In this document: piece after piece, positions 17,486 through 28,713 of the stretch | How the letters are laid out: each line of letters opens with the position of its first letter | Position numbering within the stretch: position 1 is the first letter of the stretch | Source of the DNA: Oscillospiraceae bacterium | GTDB taxonomy: Bacteria > Bacillota > Clostridia > Oscillospirales > QAMX01 | Direction of reading: 5' to 3' | DNA: 64,000 nucleotides | Assembly (NCBI GenBank): GCA_015067825.1 | Contig: SVLQ01000008.1 | Span: forward strand, 777-64,776 | Made by a program: the position numbers and the translations under genes | Notes under the pieces: generated by a model | The model's database searches: none | What the model was told of the DNA's origin: nothing | The model's input: only the letters and a program-made list of their open reading frames with translations

Positions 17486-18586
17486 GTGAACAGCAATGAA
17501 AAACTGGGACGGATCTACGCCAAACGCACCGTGAAAATCACGGTCGCCGCCGGCGTTTTGCTCGCGCTGACCGCGCTGCTCTATGCGGCCGCAGCGATTT
17601 TTCCGCGCTTTGTCGACGAGGTCTACCGTCCGTTTTCGCGGATCGCCACCTACGGTCTGTCGTGGGTGACCGGCTGGATCCCCACTTCGGTCGCCGAGAT
17701 CCTTCTGTATCTCGTCGTCCTCGGCGGCCTCATCGCTTTGGTGCGGCTCGTCTGGGTTCTCGTCAGCGGCCCGCGTCGCATCTCCTTCCTGCTCCGCTTT
17801 CTCGCGTGGGTGCTGCTGATCGCGTCGTTTGCGCTCTGGATGTTCAGCACGTTCTGGGGGCTCAACTATCAATCGTCGTCGATCGCCGGTGAGCTCGGCC
17901 TCACCCTCACCAAGCATACGCCCGACCAGCTCGCCGAGCTGAACCGCTATCTCGTCGGCCGCGCCAACGCGCTCGCCGACCAGATCCCGCGCGATGCCGC
18001 CGGGCAGTCGGTCGCGACCGATTTCACCGAAACGGCCAAACGCGTTGCCGCTGAGCTCTCAAAATACTCCGGCCGCAAAGAGGTTCCCGCCAAGCCGATC
18101 ATCGCCTCTAAACCGATGTCCTATACGCAGATCACCGGCATTTTCGTGCCGTTTACGGCGGAATCGAACGTCAATACCAATAACGTCGCCTACGATCTGC
18201 CGTTTGTCATGGCGCACGAAAACGCCCACCGCTACGGCGTTGCGCCCGAAAACGAGGCCAACTTCTTCGCCTTCTATATTCTCGAAGGCTCCGACGATCC
18301 GCAGCTCTCCTACAGCGTGCTGATGGCTGCGCTCCGCTATTGCCAAAACGCGCTCTACTCTGCCGACTACGATATGTTTGCCGAGATCTACGGCACCTAC
18401 CACCCGCTCGTCGCCGCCGATATGGCCGCGTATTCCGAGCATTGGCGGCAGTACGAGGGCAAGGTCGCTGAGGTGTCCGAATCGGTCAACAACACCTACC
18501 TCGTGATTCAAGGCGCACCCGACGGTGTGCGCAGCTACGGCCGCGTGGTCGACCTGATGCTCGCGTGGTACGACGCGCAAAAATAG
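17486..18586 (+). CDS. DUF3810-like membrane protein with HExxH-type motif
   Basis: ORF 17423-18586. GTG 17486 is preferred (GGAGG 7 nt upstream). N-terminal TM helices. MAHENAHRYGVAPENEANFFAF is typical of the DUF3810 family. Confidence 0.7.
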   Translation: MNSNEKLGRIYAKRTVKITVAAGVLLALTALLYAAAAIFPRFVDEVYRPFSRIATYGLSWVTGWIPTSVAEILLYLVVLGGLIALVRLVWVLVSGPRRISFLLRFLAWVLLIASFALWMFSTFWGLNYQSSSIAGELGLTLTKHTPDQLAELNRYLVGRANALADQIPRDAAGQSVATDFTETAKRVAAELSKYSGRKEVPAKPIIASKPMSYTQITGIFVPFTAESNVNTNNVAYDLPFVMAHENAHRYGVAPENEANFFAFYILEGSDDPQLSYSVLMAALRYCQNALYSADYDMFAEIYGTYHPLVAADMAAYSEHWRQYEGKVAEVSESVNNTYLVIQGAPDGVRSYGRVVDLMLAWYDAQK

Positions 18587-18722
18587 CGTGCGAAAAAATT
18601 TACATTTGACCGCATAATTTGTTCATAAGGATATGATACTATATAGGTGTAGAGGACATGGCGAAATTTGCTTGAACTCTTACCCCCTCCTTTCTATTTT
18701 TTCTCTTGTGCTTCGTGCACAC

Positions 18723-18757
18723 AGCTTGAGACCGCGTGTCTCAAGCTTCTTTTTTTT
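18723..18757 (+). terminator. Intrinsic terminator
   Basis: agcttgaga-ccgcgtg-tctcaagct hairpin followed by a tcttttttttt run. Overlaps the 3' end of the convergent ParB-like gene. Confidence 0.75.
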
Positions 18758-19316
18758 GCGCGTGTTTCGCCACGCGCACGGTCAGGCAGAGCTCGTCGGC
18801 GGTCTCCGTCTGCTCCATGGCTGCGTGGACACCGCTTGCGGAAAGCGTTTGGCAGGCGCGCTGCACGGTGTTGACGAGCAGGCGCACGTCGCGGATGAGC
18901 GGTTTGCAGCGAGGGGAAGCGAGCGGGTAGGGTGCGAGTTCGTCGTCTTTGCTTGCCGGTTCGGCGGAGTGGGCGGCAGTCACGGCGGCGAGCTGGGCAA
19001 AATACGCTCGCCGTCCCGCGCGCTCAAACGATTCGTTTGTCGCCGAAGGTGTGCTTGCGCGTTCGATCACGCACGGAACGTGTGTAAATCCGGCGAGCGC
19101 GGCGGCCTTGAGCGTTTGGTCGCCGGAGCGGAGCTGGTAGCATCCGCCAATCGCCCGCACGGTCAACGGCCGCTCGACCCCGCAGACGGCGATGCGCTCG
19201 GCGAGCCGCGCGATCTCTTCCAGCGGCCAGAGCCGATGCGCGCCGCATGGATCCGGCAGGATCTCCCGAATCGCCAGCTGCACGATGCGGCTGTTTTCAT
19301 ACGCTGCTGAACGCAT
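18741..19316 (-). CDS. ParB N-terminal domain protein (Noc/Spo0J-like, degenerate arginine box)
   Basis: 191 aa. The ParB/Srx-like N-terminal region reads …RPLTVRAIGGCYQLRSGDQTLKAAALAGFTHVPCVI. Position near rsmG/mnmG/mnmE matches the Noc/Spo0J locus of Bacillota. Confidence 0.6.
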   Translation of the reverse strand: MRSAAYENSRIVQLAIREILPDPCGAHRLWPLEEIARLAERIAVCGVERPLTVRAIGGCYQLRSGDQTLKAAALAGFTHVPCVIERASTPSATNESFERAGRRAYFAQLAAVTAAHSAEPASKDDELAPYPLASPRCKPLIRDVRLLVNTVQRACQTLSASGVHAAMEQTETADELCLTVRVAKHAQKKEA

Positions 19317-19564
19317 AGAACTCGCTCCCTTTTCTTTGGTTTTGTGCCGGGCTTTCCGAACCCGACGTCTTCATTATAAGAAAAACGGCAAACAAAGTAA
19401 AGAAAAAGCATTCGACAGCAATCAACGTAAAATCGCAGCATTTGCGCCGATTGCCGGTCGAAAAATCAGAAAAAGCAGAAACCTCATCGAGGTTTCTGCT
19501 TTTTTGTCGAACGGTTTTGGGTGGGGAAGTGATGGGGGCGTGCGGGAGATTGATAGCCATCTCT

Positions 19565-19800
19565 GTGGCCATGCGGTTACGGGTACGTCCGGGCGATTCG
19601 TGAATCGCCCCTACGGAGAAAGCTTAATGCGTGCGCCGCATTCAAACCGCGCGCCGGTCGTTTGCGCGGGAGGGCGCAGAGGCCCTCCCCTACAACCGCA
19701 TGGGCGTAGGGCGTGGGCTTCGACCGCCGTTTGTCGCGGGTGGGATCACCTCACCTCGCGGCGTTGTGGCTGCCGAACCTATCATCCGCCCGCCGGCACG
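19565..19800. repeat. Mosaic GC-rich hairpin-module repeat, copy B (inverted relative to copy A)
   Basis: CCCCTAC at 19608 and 19687, and GTAGGGC at 19706. The modules gtccgggcgattcgtgaatcgcccctacg, gcgggagggcgcagaggccctcccctac and ccgccgtttgtcgcgggtg are reverse complements of modules in 12590-12905. Confidence 0.7.
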
Positions 19801-19804
19801 CCTT

Positions 19805-20542
19805 TCAGGAGAGCGGGCGCGCTTTGATGCGGGCGTAGGCGCGCGGGAATTCTTTGGGCGTGGCGGCGTGCTTGGCGATCGTCAGCACGCGGCTGGAGGG
19901 CGCGTCGGGCGCGATCGTATAGACGTACTGGTCAACGAGGCGGCCGCCCAGCTTGGCGATCCCGCCGCGGGCAGCGTCGATCTCTTCGTCGCTGCGGTCG
20001 GATTTGTGCGGCACGAACTGCCCGCCCACGCGCACAAACGGCAGGCTGATCTCGGCGAGCACCCGGAGGTCGGCCACGGCGCGGCTGACCGCCCAGTCAT
20101 AGCGTTCGCGGTGTGCGGGAAGTGCGGCGAGGTCCTCGGCACGGCCGGCGATCGGCGTGACGTTTTTGAGCGAGAGCGCCTTGGAAACGCCGGCGAGAAA
20201 ATCGATTTTTTTGCGCGTCGCGTCTAAGAGCGTGAGCTTGGTTTCGCCGTCGCCGCGCAGATCGTCGAAGAGGATCTTCAGCGGCAGTCCCGGAAATCCC
20301 GCGCCGCAGCCGACGTCGATCAGGCGGCCGGGGATCTCTTTGCGCGCGGCGTAGACGGCAAGGCTGTCGGCGAAATGCCGCACGAAAACCTCATCCTCGT
20401 CGCGGATGGCGGTCAGGTTCATCACCTTGTTTTTCTCGCAGAGCATCTGCGCGTAAACGGTGAAACGCTCGAACGCGGCCGGCGAGATCGTCGGCAGGCC
20501 GAGCGGGTGGATGATCTGTAAAAATGTCTGGTAATCGACCAT
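19805..20542 (-). CDS. rsmG: 16S rRNA (guanine527-N7)-methyltransferase
   Basis: 245 aa. GidB-family SAM-binding motif LIDVGCGAGFPGLPLKI. Located next to mnmG. Confidence 0.9.
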   Translation of the reverse strand: MVDYQTFLQIIHPLGLPTISPAAFERFTVYAQMLCEKNKVMNLTAIRDEDEVFVRHFADSLAVYAARKEIPGRLIDVGCGAGFPGLPLKILFDDLRGDGETKLTLLDATRKKIDFLAGVSKALSLKNVTPIAGRAEDLAALPAHRERYDWAVSRAVADLRVLAEISLPFVRVGGQFVPHKSDRSDEEIDAARGGIAKLGGRLVDQYVYTIAPDAPSSRVLTIAKHAATPKEFPRAYARIKARPLS

Positions 20543-20627
20543 AGCGATCCGCTCCGTTTCTTTTGGAAAAAATGGTTGTAATTTTGCGGGAAATATCGTA
20601 TAATATACAGAATGCTATGAGAAAGAG

Positions 20628-21800
20628 GTGGCCGATGTGATCGGGCTGCTCCAAAAAATATTCGTAAAAAACCGCGGCGAGGCCGAAACCCGTACGGCGA
20701 TGGGCATGCTCTGCGGCATTGTCGGCATCGTGCTGAACGTGCTGCTGTTTGCCGGCAAGCTGATCGCCGGTGCGCTGTCGGGATCGATCGCGATCGTTTC
20801 CGACGCCTTCAACAACCTTTCCGATGCCGGCTCGTCGGTCATCACGCTGCTCGGTTTCCGGCTTGCGAGCCAGAAACCCGACGAGGCCCATCCCTTCGGC
20901 CACGGCAGAGTCGAGTATCTCTCCGGGCTGATGGTCTCGGTGATGATTTTGCTGATGGGCTTTGAGCTCTTAAAAAGCGCGGTCGGCAAGATCATCGATC
21001 CGCAGCCGACCAAATTCGGCGTCCTCACGTTTGCGATCCTACTTGCGTCGGTGGCGGTCAAGCTCTACATGGCGCTCTATAACCGCAGCTACGGCAAGCG
21101 CCTGGGGTCGGAAGCGATGCGCGCCACGGCCATCGACAGCTTAAGCGACTGCGTTGCCACCGCCGTCGTCATCGTTTCGATGCTTGTTTCGCACCTGACG
21201 AGTCTGCAGATCGACGGTTGGTGCGGCCTTTTGGTGGCCGTCATGATTTTGTGGTCGGGCTTTTCGTCGGCGAAAGCGACGGTCGCGCCGCTCTTGGGTC
21301 AGCCCGCCTCGCGGGAGCTGGTCGAATCGATCTCCGCGCTCGTCTGCGCCCACGAGGAGGTCATCGGCGTCCACGACCTGATCGTCCACGACTACGGCCC
21401 GGGGCGGATGATGGTCAGCCTGCACGCCGAGGTCGCCGCCGAAGCCGATTTAGAGGTGATGCACGACGCGATCGACAATATCGAACAGGAGCTCGCGCAT
21501 CGGCTTTCGTGCCGCGCGGTCATCCATATGGATCCGATCCGTCTGGGCGATGCCGAAAACGAGGCGCTCAAGGCGGCGATCTGCGCCAAGCTGCCGCAGA
21601 TCGGCGAAAACGTCACGCTCCACGATTTCCGCCGGGTCGTCGGCCCGACGCACACGAATCTGATCTTCGACGTGGTCGTGCCGTTTGAGAACAAACAGAG
21701 CGACGCCGAAGTCCGCGCAACGATCGAGCGGATCGTCGCGGAGCTGGACGGCAATTACCGCGCCGTGGTCGAGATCGACCGCCCGTTCGTGGGAAAATAG
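20628..21800 (+). CDS. cation diffusion facilitator family transporter
   Basis: 390 aa with GTG start. Six TM helices with AFNNLSDAGSS and IDSLSDC motifs, plus the C-terminal cytoplasmic domain typical of CDF proteins. Start codon uncertain. Confidence 0.85.
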   Translation: MADVIGLLQKIFVKNRGEAETRTAMGMLCGIVGIVLNVLLFAGKLIAGALSGSIAIVSDAFNNLSDAGSSVITLLGFRLASQKPDEAHPFGHGRVEYLSGLMVSVMILLMGFELLKSAVGKIIDPQPTKFGVLTFAILLASVAVKLYMALYNRSYGKRLGSEAMRATAIDSLSDCVATAVVIVSMLVSHLTSLQIDGWCGLLVAVMILWSGFSSAKATVAPLLGQPASRELVESISALVCAHEEVIGVHDLIVHDYGPGRMMVSLHAEVAAEADLEVMHDAIDNIEQELAHRLSCRAVIHMDPIRLGDAENEALKAAICAKLPQIGENVTLHDFRRVVGPTHTNLIFDVVVPFENKQSDAEVRATIERIVAELDGNYRAVVEIDRPFVGK

Positions 21801-21856
21801 AAAACCGTATCGGAAAGCACCCGTCTTTACGGGTGCTTTTTTGCGTGGGAAGGAGT

Positions 21857-23746
<1,890 letters not shown>

Positions 23747-23769
23747 TCATCCGTTTCTATATAGCCGCG

Positions 23770-25140
23770 CTATTTACCAACGCAAAAGCGCTCAAATACG
23801 CGGTCTAAAATTTCTTCGTTCACGGTCTGCCCGGTGACTTCGCCGATCGCCGAAAGCGCGGCTTCGGCGTCGACCCAGGCGATATCGGGCGTAAATCCCG
23901 CTGCCAGCGCGTCGGCGGCGTTTTGAGCGGCCTCTGCCGCGCGGGAAAGGGCTTCGGCTTGGCGGCGGTTGGTGATCACGCTGCCGTCGTGGCGCACGCG
24001 CTCTGCCGAAAGTGTTTGGGCGATGCGCGCCTTCAGATCCTCCAGCCCCTCACCGGTTGCGGCCGACAAAATAACGGCGTCGGCAAACAGAGGCGAGGCG
24101 GTTCTGTCGAGGCGCCACTCCAAGTCGTTTTTGTTGCAGACGGCAATCACGGGCGCTTCGCACGCTTCCAAAAGCGCCAAAACCTCGCGGTCGGCGTCGG
24201 AAAGCGCCGCACTCGCGTCAAAAACGGCGATCACGAGCCCGGCGTGCTTCGTCGCTTCACGCGTGCGCTCGATGCCAAGGCGCTCCACCGTTTCGGCGTC
24301 CTCGCGGATGCCGGCGGTGTCGATCAGCCGCAGGATCACCGAGCCAACCCGCACCGATTCCTCTACGGTATCGCGCGTCGTGCCGGCCAGATCGGTGACG
24401 ATCGAACGCTCGAAGCCGACAAGCGCATTTAATAAGGAAGATTTTCCGGCGTTGGGCTTGCCCACGATCGCCGTGCGCACGCCCTCGGTGAAGAGCCGGC
24501 CGTCGGCAAACGACGAAGCCAGCCGTGTGAGCCGTGCGGCGGCGTCGCGGCAGTCGGCCTCCGCGCCCGAAAGATCCGGCGGCTCCACGCCCTCGTCGGT
24601 GTAGTCGATGTAGGCGGTAAAATGCGAGGTGAGGTCGAGCAATATATTATATATGGAAGATAACTCGTCGGACAGCCGTCCCGAGAGCTGCGCGGCGGCG
24701 TTCTCAACGCCCTCGGCGGTCTCGGCGTGGATCAGATCCGCCACGGCCTCGGCTGCCGAAAGATCGAGCCTGCCGTTTAAAAACGCGCGTCTGGTGAATT
24801 CACCGGGCAGCGCCTGCCGCGCACCGGCGGCAAAGCAGAGCGCGAGCACGCGGTCGAGCAGGCGGAGACCGCCGTGGCATTGCAGCTCCACGCTGTCCTC
24901 GCCCGTGTAGCTTTTCGGCGCGGCAAACGTGAGTGCGAGGGCCTGGTCGAGGATCACGCCGTTAAAATCGACGATCGTCCCGAATTGCGCAGAGCGCGGC
25001 GGACATTCCGAAAGCAGCTTGCCGCAGAGCGGGAAAAAGATCCGGTCGGCAACCTCTCTGGCGCGGCTGCCGGAGAGACGGATGATGCCGATGGCGCCCG
25101 TGGCGGGCGGTGTGGCGATGGCGGCAATGGTGTCGGTCAT
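23770..25140 (-). CDS. mnmE: tRNA modification GTPase
   Basis: ORF 23770-25437 trimmed to MTDTIAAIATPP (ATG at 25140), 456 aa. G1 motif GKPNAGKSSLLN and the C-terminal CVGK tail are typical of TrmE. Confidence 0.9.
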   Translation of the reverse strand: MTDTIAAIATPPATGAIGIIRLSGSRAREVADRIFFPLCGKLLSECPPRSAQFGTIVDFNGVILDQALALTFAAPKSYTGEDSVELQCHGGLRLLDRVLALCFAAGARQALPGEFTRRAFLNGRLDLSAAEAVADLIHAETAEGVENAAAQLSGRLSDELSSIYNILLDLTSHFTAYIDYTDEGVEPPDLSGAEADCRDAAARLTRLASSFADGRLFTEGVRTAIVGKPNAGKSSLLNALVGFERSIVTDLAGTTRDTVEESVRVGSVILRLIDTAGIREDAETVERLGIERTREATKHAGLVIAVFDASAALSDADREVLALLEACEAPVIAVCNKNDLEWRLDRTASPLFADAVILSAATGEGLEDLKARIAQTLSAERVRHDGSVITNRRQAEALSRAAEAAQNAADALAAGFTPDIAWVDAEAALSAIGEVTGQTVNEEILDRVFERFCVGK

Positions 25141-25284
25141 GGCGATCCTGCTTTCTCTGACGGTTTCTGGGGGCATCTCTCCCCAATTTACAATTATACC
25201 AGTATTTCTCCGCCTTGTCAAACCGTGCGGCTGCGGGCGGTGCAAAAAAAACGAAAAATTTTTGAGAAAAAAGCAAAAAAACAC

Positions 25285-25313
25285 TTGACAAATACCCTTG
25301 TATCTAGTATAAT
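25285..25313 (+). promoter_or_regulatory. Consensus SigA promoter (TTGACA-17-TATAAT)
   Basis: TTGACA at 25285-25290, 17-nt spacer, TATAAT at 25308-25313, about 510 nt upstream of rpsJ. Confidence 0.7.
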
Positions 25314-25319
25314 AATTGA

Positions 25320-25822
25320 GCGCCATCATGGAGCAGCGATGATGCGGGAGGTTGCCACTCATCGAGTGGGTTTTTCCGCGGAGTATGTCCGAAAGAGCAT
25401 GGCCGATCCAAATAGGATCTGCGATGTTTCTTTGCAATCGGGCGGTTGAGAATTCTTCTCTTTAGGATCCAGTGTGCGCAGAGAGCGTCTGAAAAGACTT
25501 CCGTCAAGCGGGGAAGTGTGCCGGTTTGCGGTATAACCCCTGTGGAAGTGTGCTTGGGAGCTGTCTGTGCAGTCTGACCAGCCGGTTTGCAAGACGTAGA
25601 TCGCTCAGGCGATCTGCATCGTTGAAACCGGTTATTCTTATGTCAGGGCGTGAAACGCTCGGATGGGTAGTTAAGAATCGAGCAGGGTTTTCTCCGTACG
25701 CAGCCTGAGACATTGGCCTCAGACAGATCACCGGGCGGGGGCCGCGAACGCGGTCATCTGGATGGCGACAAAAAATAAGGTAGTCCGCCCGGACGTACGA
25801 CAAACTAGGAGGAAGTACAAAC
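25320..25822 (+). other. Long structured 5' leader or unassigned ncRNA upstream of the S10 operon
   Basis: About 500 nt without a credible ORF between a consensus promoter and rpsJ. Many local hairpins, including an early terminator-like hairpin ccactc-atc-gagtgg plus G TTTTT at 25355-25375. Confidence 0.4.
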
Positions 25823-26134
25823 ATGGCAAAAGCAGAAAGAATCCGGATCAGATTAAAGGCGTTTGATCACCAGCTGATCGACCAGACGGCAGAACGCATC
25901 GTCGAGACCGCGACCCGCACCGGCGCGAAGGTCTCCGGCCCCATCCCGCTGCCGACCCAGAAAGAGATCGTCACGATCCTGCGTTCCCCGCACGTCAATA
26001 AGGACAGCCGCGAACAGTTCGAACGCAGAACCCACAAGCGCCTGATCGACATCCTGAACCCCACTCCGAAGACGATCGAAGCGATCAAATCCTTCGAACT
26101 TCCGTCCGGCGTGGAAATCGAAACCAAGCTGTAA
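25823..26134 (+). CDS. rpsJ: 30S ribosomal protein S10
   Basis: 103 aa, conserved S10 sequence ([10 protein letters not shown]…), first gene of the S10 operon. Confidence 0.97.
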   Translation: MAKAERIRIRLKAFDHQLIDQTAERIVETATRTGAKVSGPIPLPTQKEIVTILRSPHVNKDSREQFERRTHKRLIDILNPTPKTIEAIKSFELPSGVEIETKL

Positions 26135-26249
26135 GCCCCGCACTTAAAAATTGCTTGTTTCCGGTCTTGTGCGAAAGTACAGGGCGGGTCAAGTTGGCAC
26201 CGAACGGTGTCAACCAATAACCTATCATATGAAAGAAGGAAAACCAAAC

Positions 26250-26885
26250 ATGAAGAAAGCGATCATCGGCAAAAAAGTCGGCATGGCGCAGATCTTCGAT
26301 GAAAACGGCAAGGTTATTCCGGTGACTGTTATCGAAGCCGGTCCCTGCGTCGTGACTCAGAAGAAGACCGCGGACAAAGAGGGTTATGACTCTGTCCAGC
26401 TCGCGTTTGACGACACTCTGGAAAGAAAGCTCTCCAAGGGCGAACTCGGCCACCTCAAGAAGGCCGGCGTTGCTCCGAAGAAAGTTCTCAAAGAATTCTG
26501 CCTCGAAGACTGCAGCGCGTTCAACGTTGGCGATGTCCTGAAGGCCGACGTCTTCGCCGAAGGCGACCGCGTCGACGTGACCGGCATCACCAAAGGTAAA
26601 GGCTACGCCGGCGTCGTTAAGCGCTGGGGCCAGAGAATGCAGCAGCACACGCACGGCGTTGGCCCTGTCCACCGCTCGCCGGGTTCCATGGGTGCTAACA
26701 CCGACCCGTCGCGCGTTATGCCGGGCAAGAAGCTCGCCGGTCACCTGGGTGTGGCTCAGCGCACGATCCTGAATCTTGACGTTGTCAAGGTCGATACCGA
26801 GCTGAACCTCATCGCCGTTCGCGGCGCGATCCCGGGTCCCAAGGGCGGCATCGTGTTCCTCAAGAACACGTCGAAGACGCGCTAA
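26250..26885 (+). CDS. rplC: 50S ribosomal protein L3
   Basis: ORF 26151-26885 trimmed to MKKAIIGKKVGMAQIF (ATG 26250). Conserved L3 sequence. Confidence 0.95.
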   Translation: MKKAIIGKKVGMAQIFDENGKVIPVTVIEAGPCVVTQKKTADKEGYDSVQLAFDDTLERKLSKGELGHLKKAGVAPKKVLKEFCLEDCSAFNVGDVLKADVFAEGDRVDVTGITKGKGYAGVVKRWGQRMQQHTHGVGPVHRSPGSMGANTDPSRVMPGKKLAGHLGVAQRTILNLDVVKVDTELNLIAVRGAIPGPKGGIVFLKNTSKTR

Positions 26886-26905
26886 GCTGGGAGGAGGACA
26901 AACAC

Positions 26906-27526
26906 ATGAAAACAACTGTTTTGGATATGACCGGTAAAGCGGTCGGCGAAATCGAACTGAACGACGCGATCTTCGCGGTCGAACCGAACGTTTCCGTCAT
27001 GCACACGGTGGTCAAGAACTACCTCGCCAATCAGCGCCAGGGCACGCAGTCGGCGCTGACCCGCGCCGAAGTCAGCGGCGGCGGCAAAAAGCCGTATCGC
27101 CAGAAGGGCACGGGCCGTGCTCGCCAGGGCTCGACCAGAGCTCCGCAGTGGACCCACGGCGGTATCGCCTTCGCTCCGAAGCCGCGTTCCTACCGCTACA
27201 CGGTCAACAAGAAGGTCAGAAAGCTCGCCATCAAGAGCGCTCTCTCGACCAAGACCGCTGCCCAGAAGCTGATCGTCATCGATTCGATCACCTTCGAAGA
27301 ACCCAAGACCAAGGCCTTCACCGCCTTCCTGAGCGCTGTCAACGCCAACGCCAAGTCGCTGGTCGTGACTGCCGCCGCCGACAGAAACGTCGCCCTCAGC
27401 GGCCGCAACCTGCCGGGTGTCAAGACCACGATGGCCAACATGATCAACACCTACGACATCCTGAAGTACGACACGCTCGTCGTCGACAAGGCGTCGCTCA
27501 CAGTCATTGAGGAGGTCTTTGCATAA
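26906..27526 (+). CDS. rplD: 50S ribosomal protein L4
   Basis: 206 aa, conserved L4 sequence and operon position. Confidence 0.97.
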   Translation: MKTTVLDMTGKAVGEIELNDAIFAVEPNVSVMHTVVKNYLANQRQGTQSALTRAEVSGGGKKPYRQKGTGRARQGSTRAPQWTHGGIAFAPKPRSYRYTVNKKVRKLAIKSALSTKTAAQKLIVIDSITFEEPKTKAFTAFLSAVNANAKSLVVTAAADRNVALSGRNLPGVKTTMANMINTYDILKYDTLVVDKASLTVIEEVFA

Positions 27527-27825
27527 TGAAGACTGCACACGACATCATTATCAGACCGATCGTTTCCGAACGCACCATGGGTGCCATCGCCGAACGCAAG
27601 TACACGTTCGAAGTCGCCCGCTCCGCCACCAAGATCGACATCCGCAACGCGGTTGAAGAAGTCTTCGGTGTCAAGGTTGCAAGCGTCAACACGATCAGCG
27701 TCCACGCCAAGAAAAAGAGACTCTCTATGGGCCGTCCGGAAGGCACGCTGCCTGCCTGGAAAAAAGCCATCGTCACCGTTACCGAAGATTCCAAGACCAT
27801 TGAGTTCTTCGACAGCCTGATGTAA
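27526..27825 (+). CDS. rplW: 50S ribosomal protein L23
   Basis: 99 aa. Its ATG overlaps the rplD stop (TAATG). Conserved L23 sequence. Confidence 0.97.
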   Translation: MKTAHDIIIRPIVSERTMGAIAERKYTFEVARSATKIDIRNAVEEVFGVKVASVNTISVHAKKKRLSMGRPEGTLPAWKKAIVTVTEDSKTIEFFDSLM

Positions 27826-27858
27826 GAAGAGCCGCGATTATAAAGGAGTGAAATTGAA

Positions 27859-28689
27859 GTGGCAATCAAAACGTTCAACCCCACGTCGCCGGCGATTCGT
27901 CATATGACGGTTGCGAAAACGGAACTCTCGAAGGTCAAGCCCGAAAAGTCGCTTCTCGCCAAAGGTAAGAAGTTCGCGGGCCGCAACAATACCGGCAGAA
28001 TCACCGTTCGTCACCATGGCGGCGGCAACAAACAGAAGTACCGCATCATCGACTTCAAGCGCAACCGTCTCGAAGACGTCGCGACCGTCCTGACGCTTGA
28101 ATACGACCCGAACCGCACCGCGAACATCGCGCTGGTTCAGTACGAAGACGGCAAGAAAGCCTACATCATCGCGCCGGAAGGCCTGAAGGTCGGCGACACC
28201 GTCGTGTCCAGCGAAACCGCGGACATCAAGCCGGGCAACACCCTGCCGATCTCGGCGATCCCGGTCGGTACCTTTATCCACAACATCGAGCTGTACCCGG
28301 GCCGCGGCGGCCAGCTGGTTCGTTCCGCCGGTACCATGGCTCAGCTGATGGCCAAAGAGGGCGACATGGCTCAGGTCAGACTCCCCTCGGGCGAAACCCG
28401 TATGATCCGCATGAACTGCAAGGCGACGATCGGCCAGGTCGGCAACCTTGATCATTCCAACGCGCAGATCGGTAAAGCCGGCCGCACGCGCCACATGGGC
28501 ATCCGCCCGACGGTCCGCGGCTCTGTTATGAACCCGGTCGACCACCCGCACGGCGGCGGTGAAGGCAAGAGCCCGATCGGTCGTCCCGGCCCGGTCACTC
28601 CGTGGGGCAAGCCGACGCTCGGTTACAAGACGAGAAAGCCGAAGAACCGTACGAATAAGTTCATCGTCAAGCGTCGCAATGCCAAGTAG
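27859..28689 (+). CDS. rplB: 50S ribosomal protein L2
   Basis: 276 aa with GTG start. Conserved L2 sequence (…HPHGGGEGK…). Confidence 0.97.
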   Translation: MAIKTFNPTSPAIRHMTVAKTELSKVKPEKSLLAKGKKFAGRNNTGRITVRHHGGGNKQKYRIIDFKRNRLEDVATVLTLEYDPNRTANIALVQYEDGKKAYIIAPEGLKVGDTVVSSETADIKPGNTLPISAIPVGTFIHNIELYPGRGGQLVRSAGTMAQLMAKEGDMAQVRLPSGETRMIRMNCKATIGQVGNLDHSNAQIGKAGRTRHMGIRPTVRGSVMNPVDHPHGGGEGKSPIGRPGPVTPWGKPTLGYKTRKPKNRTNKFIVKRRNAK

Positions 28690-28713
28690 TTTGAAGGAGG
28701 CTTTTAAGAACTT

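Noticed and set aside
25141-25437. N-terminal extension of the mnmE ORF (555 aa in the track)
   Set aside because: The conserved TrmE N-terminus (MTDTIAAIATPP) starts at 25140. The extension overlaps the rpsJ promoter region and has no homology-like features.
25320-25822. RNase P RNA, tmRNA, SRP RNA, 6S RNA or a T-box in the long rpsJ upstream region
   Set aside because: I could not find the signature sequences by eye: GAGGAAAGUCC for RNase P, a tRNA-like end plus tag ORF for tmRNA, the SRP domain IV GGAA/AGCA motif, or the T-box AGGGUGGNACCGCG. 6S cannot be excluded by sequence alone, but the region is far too long.
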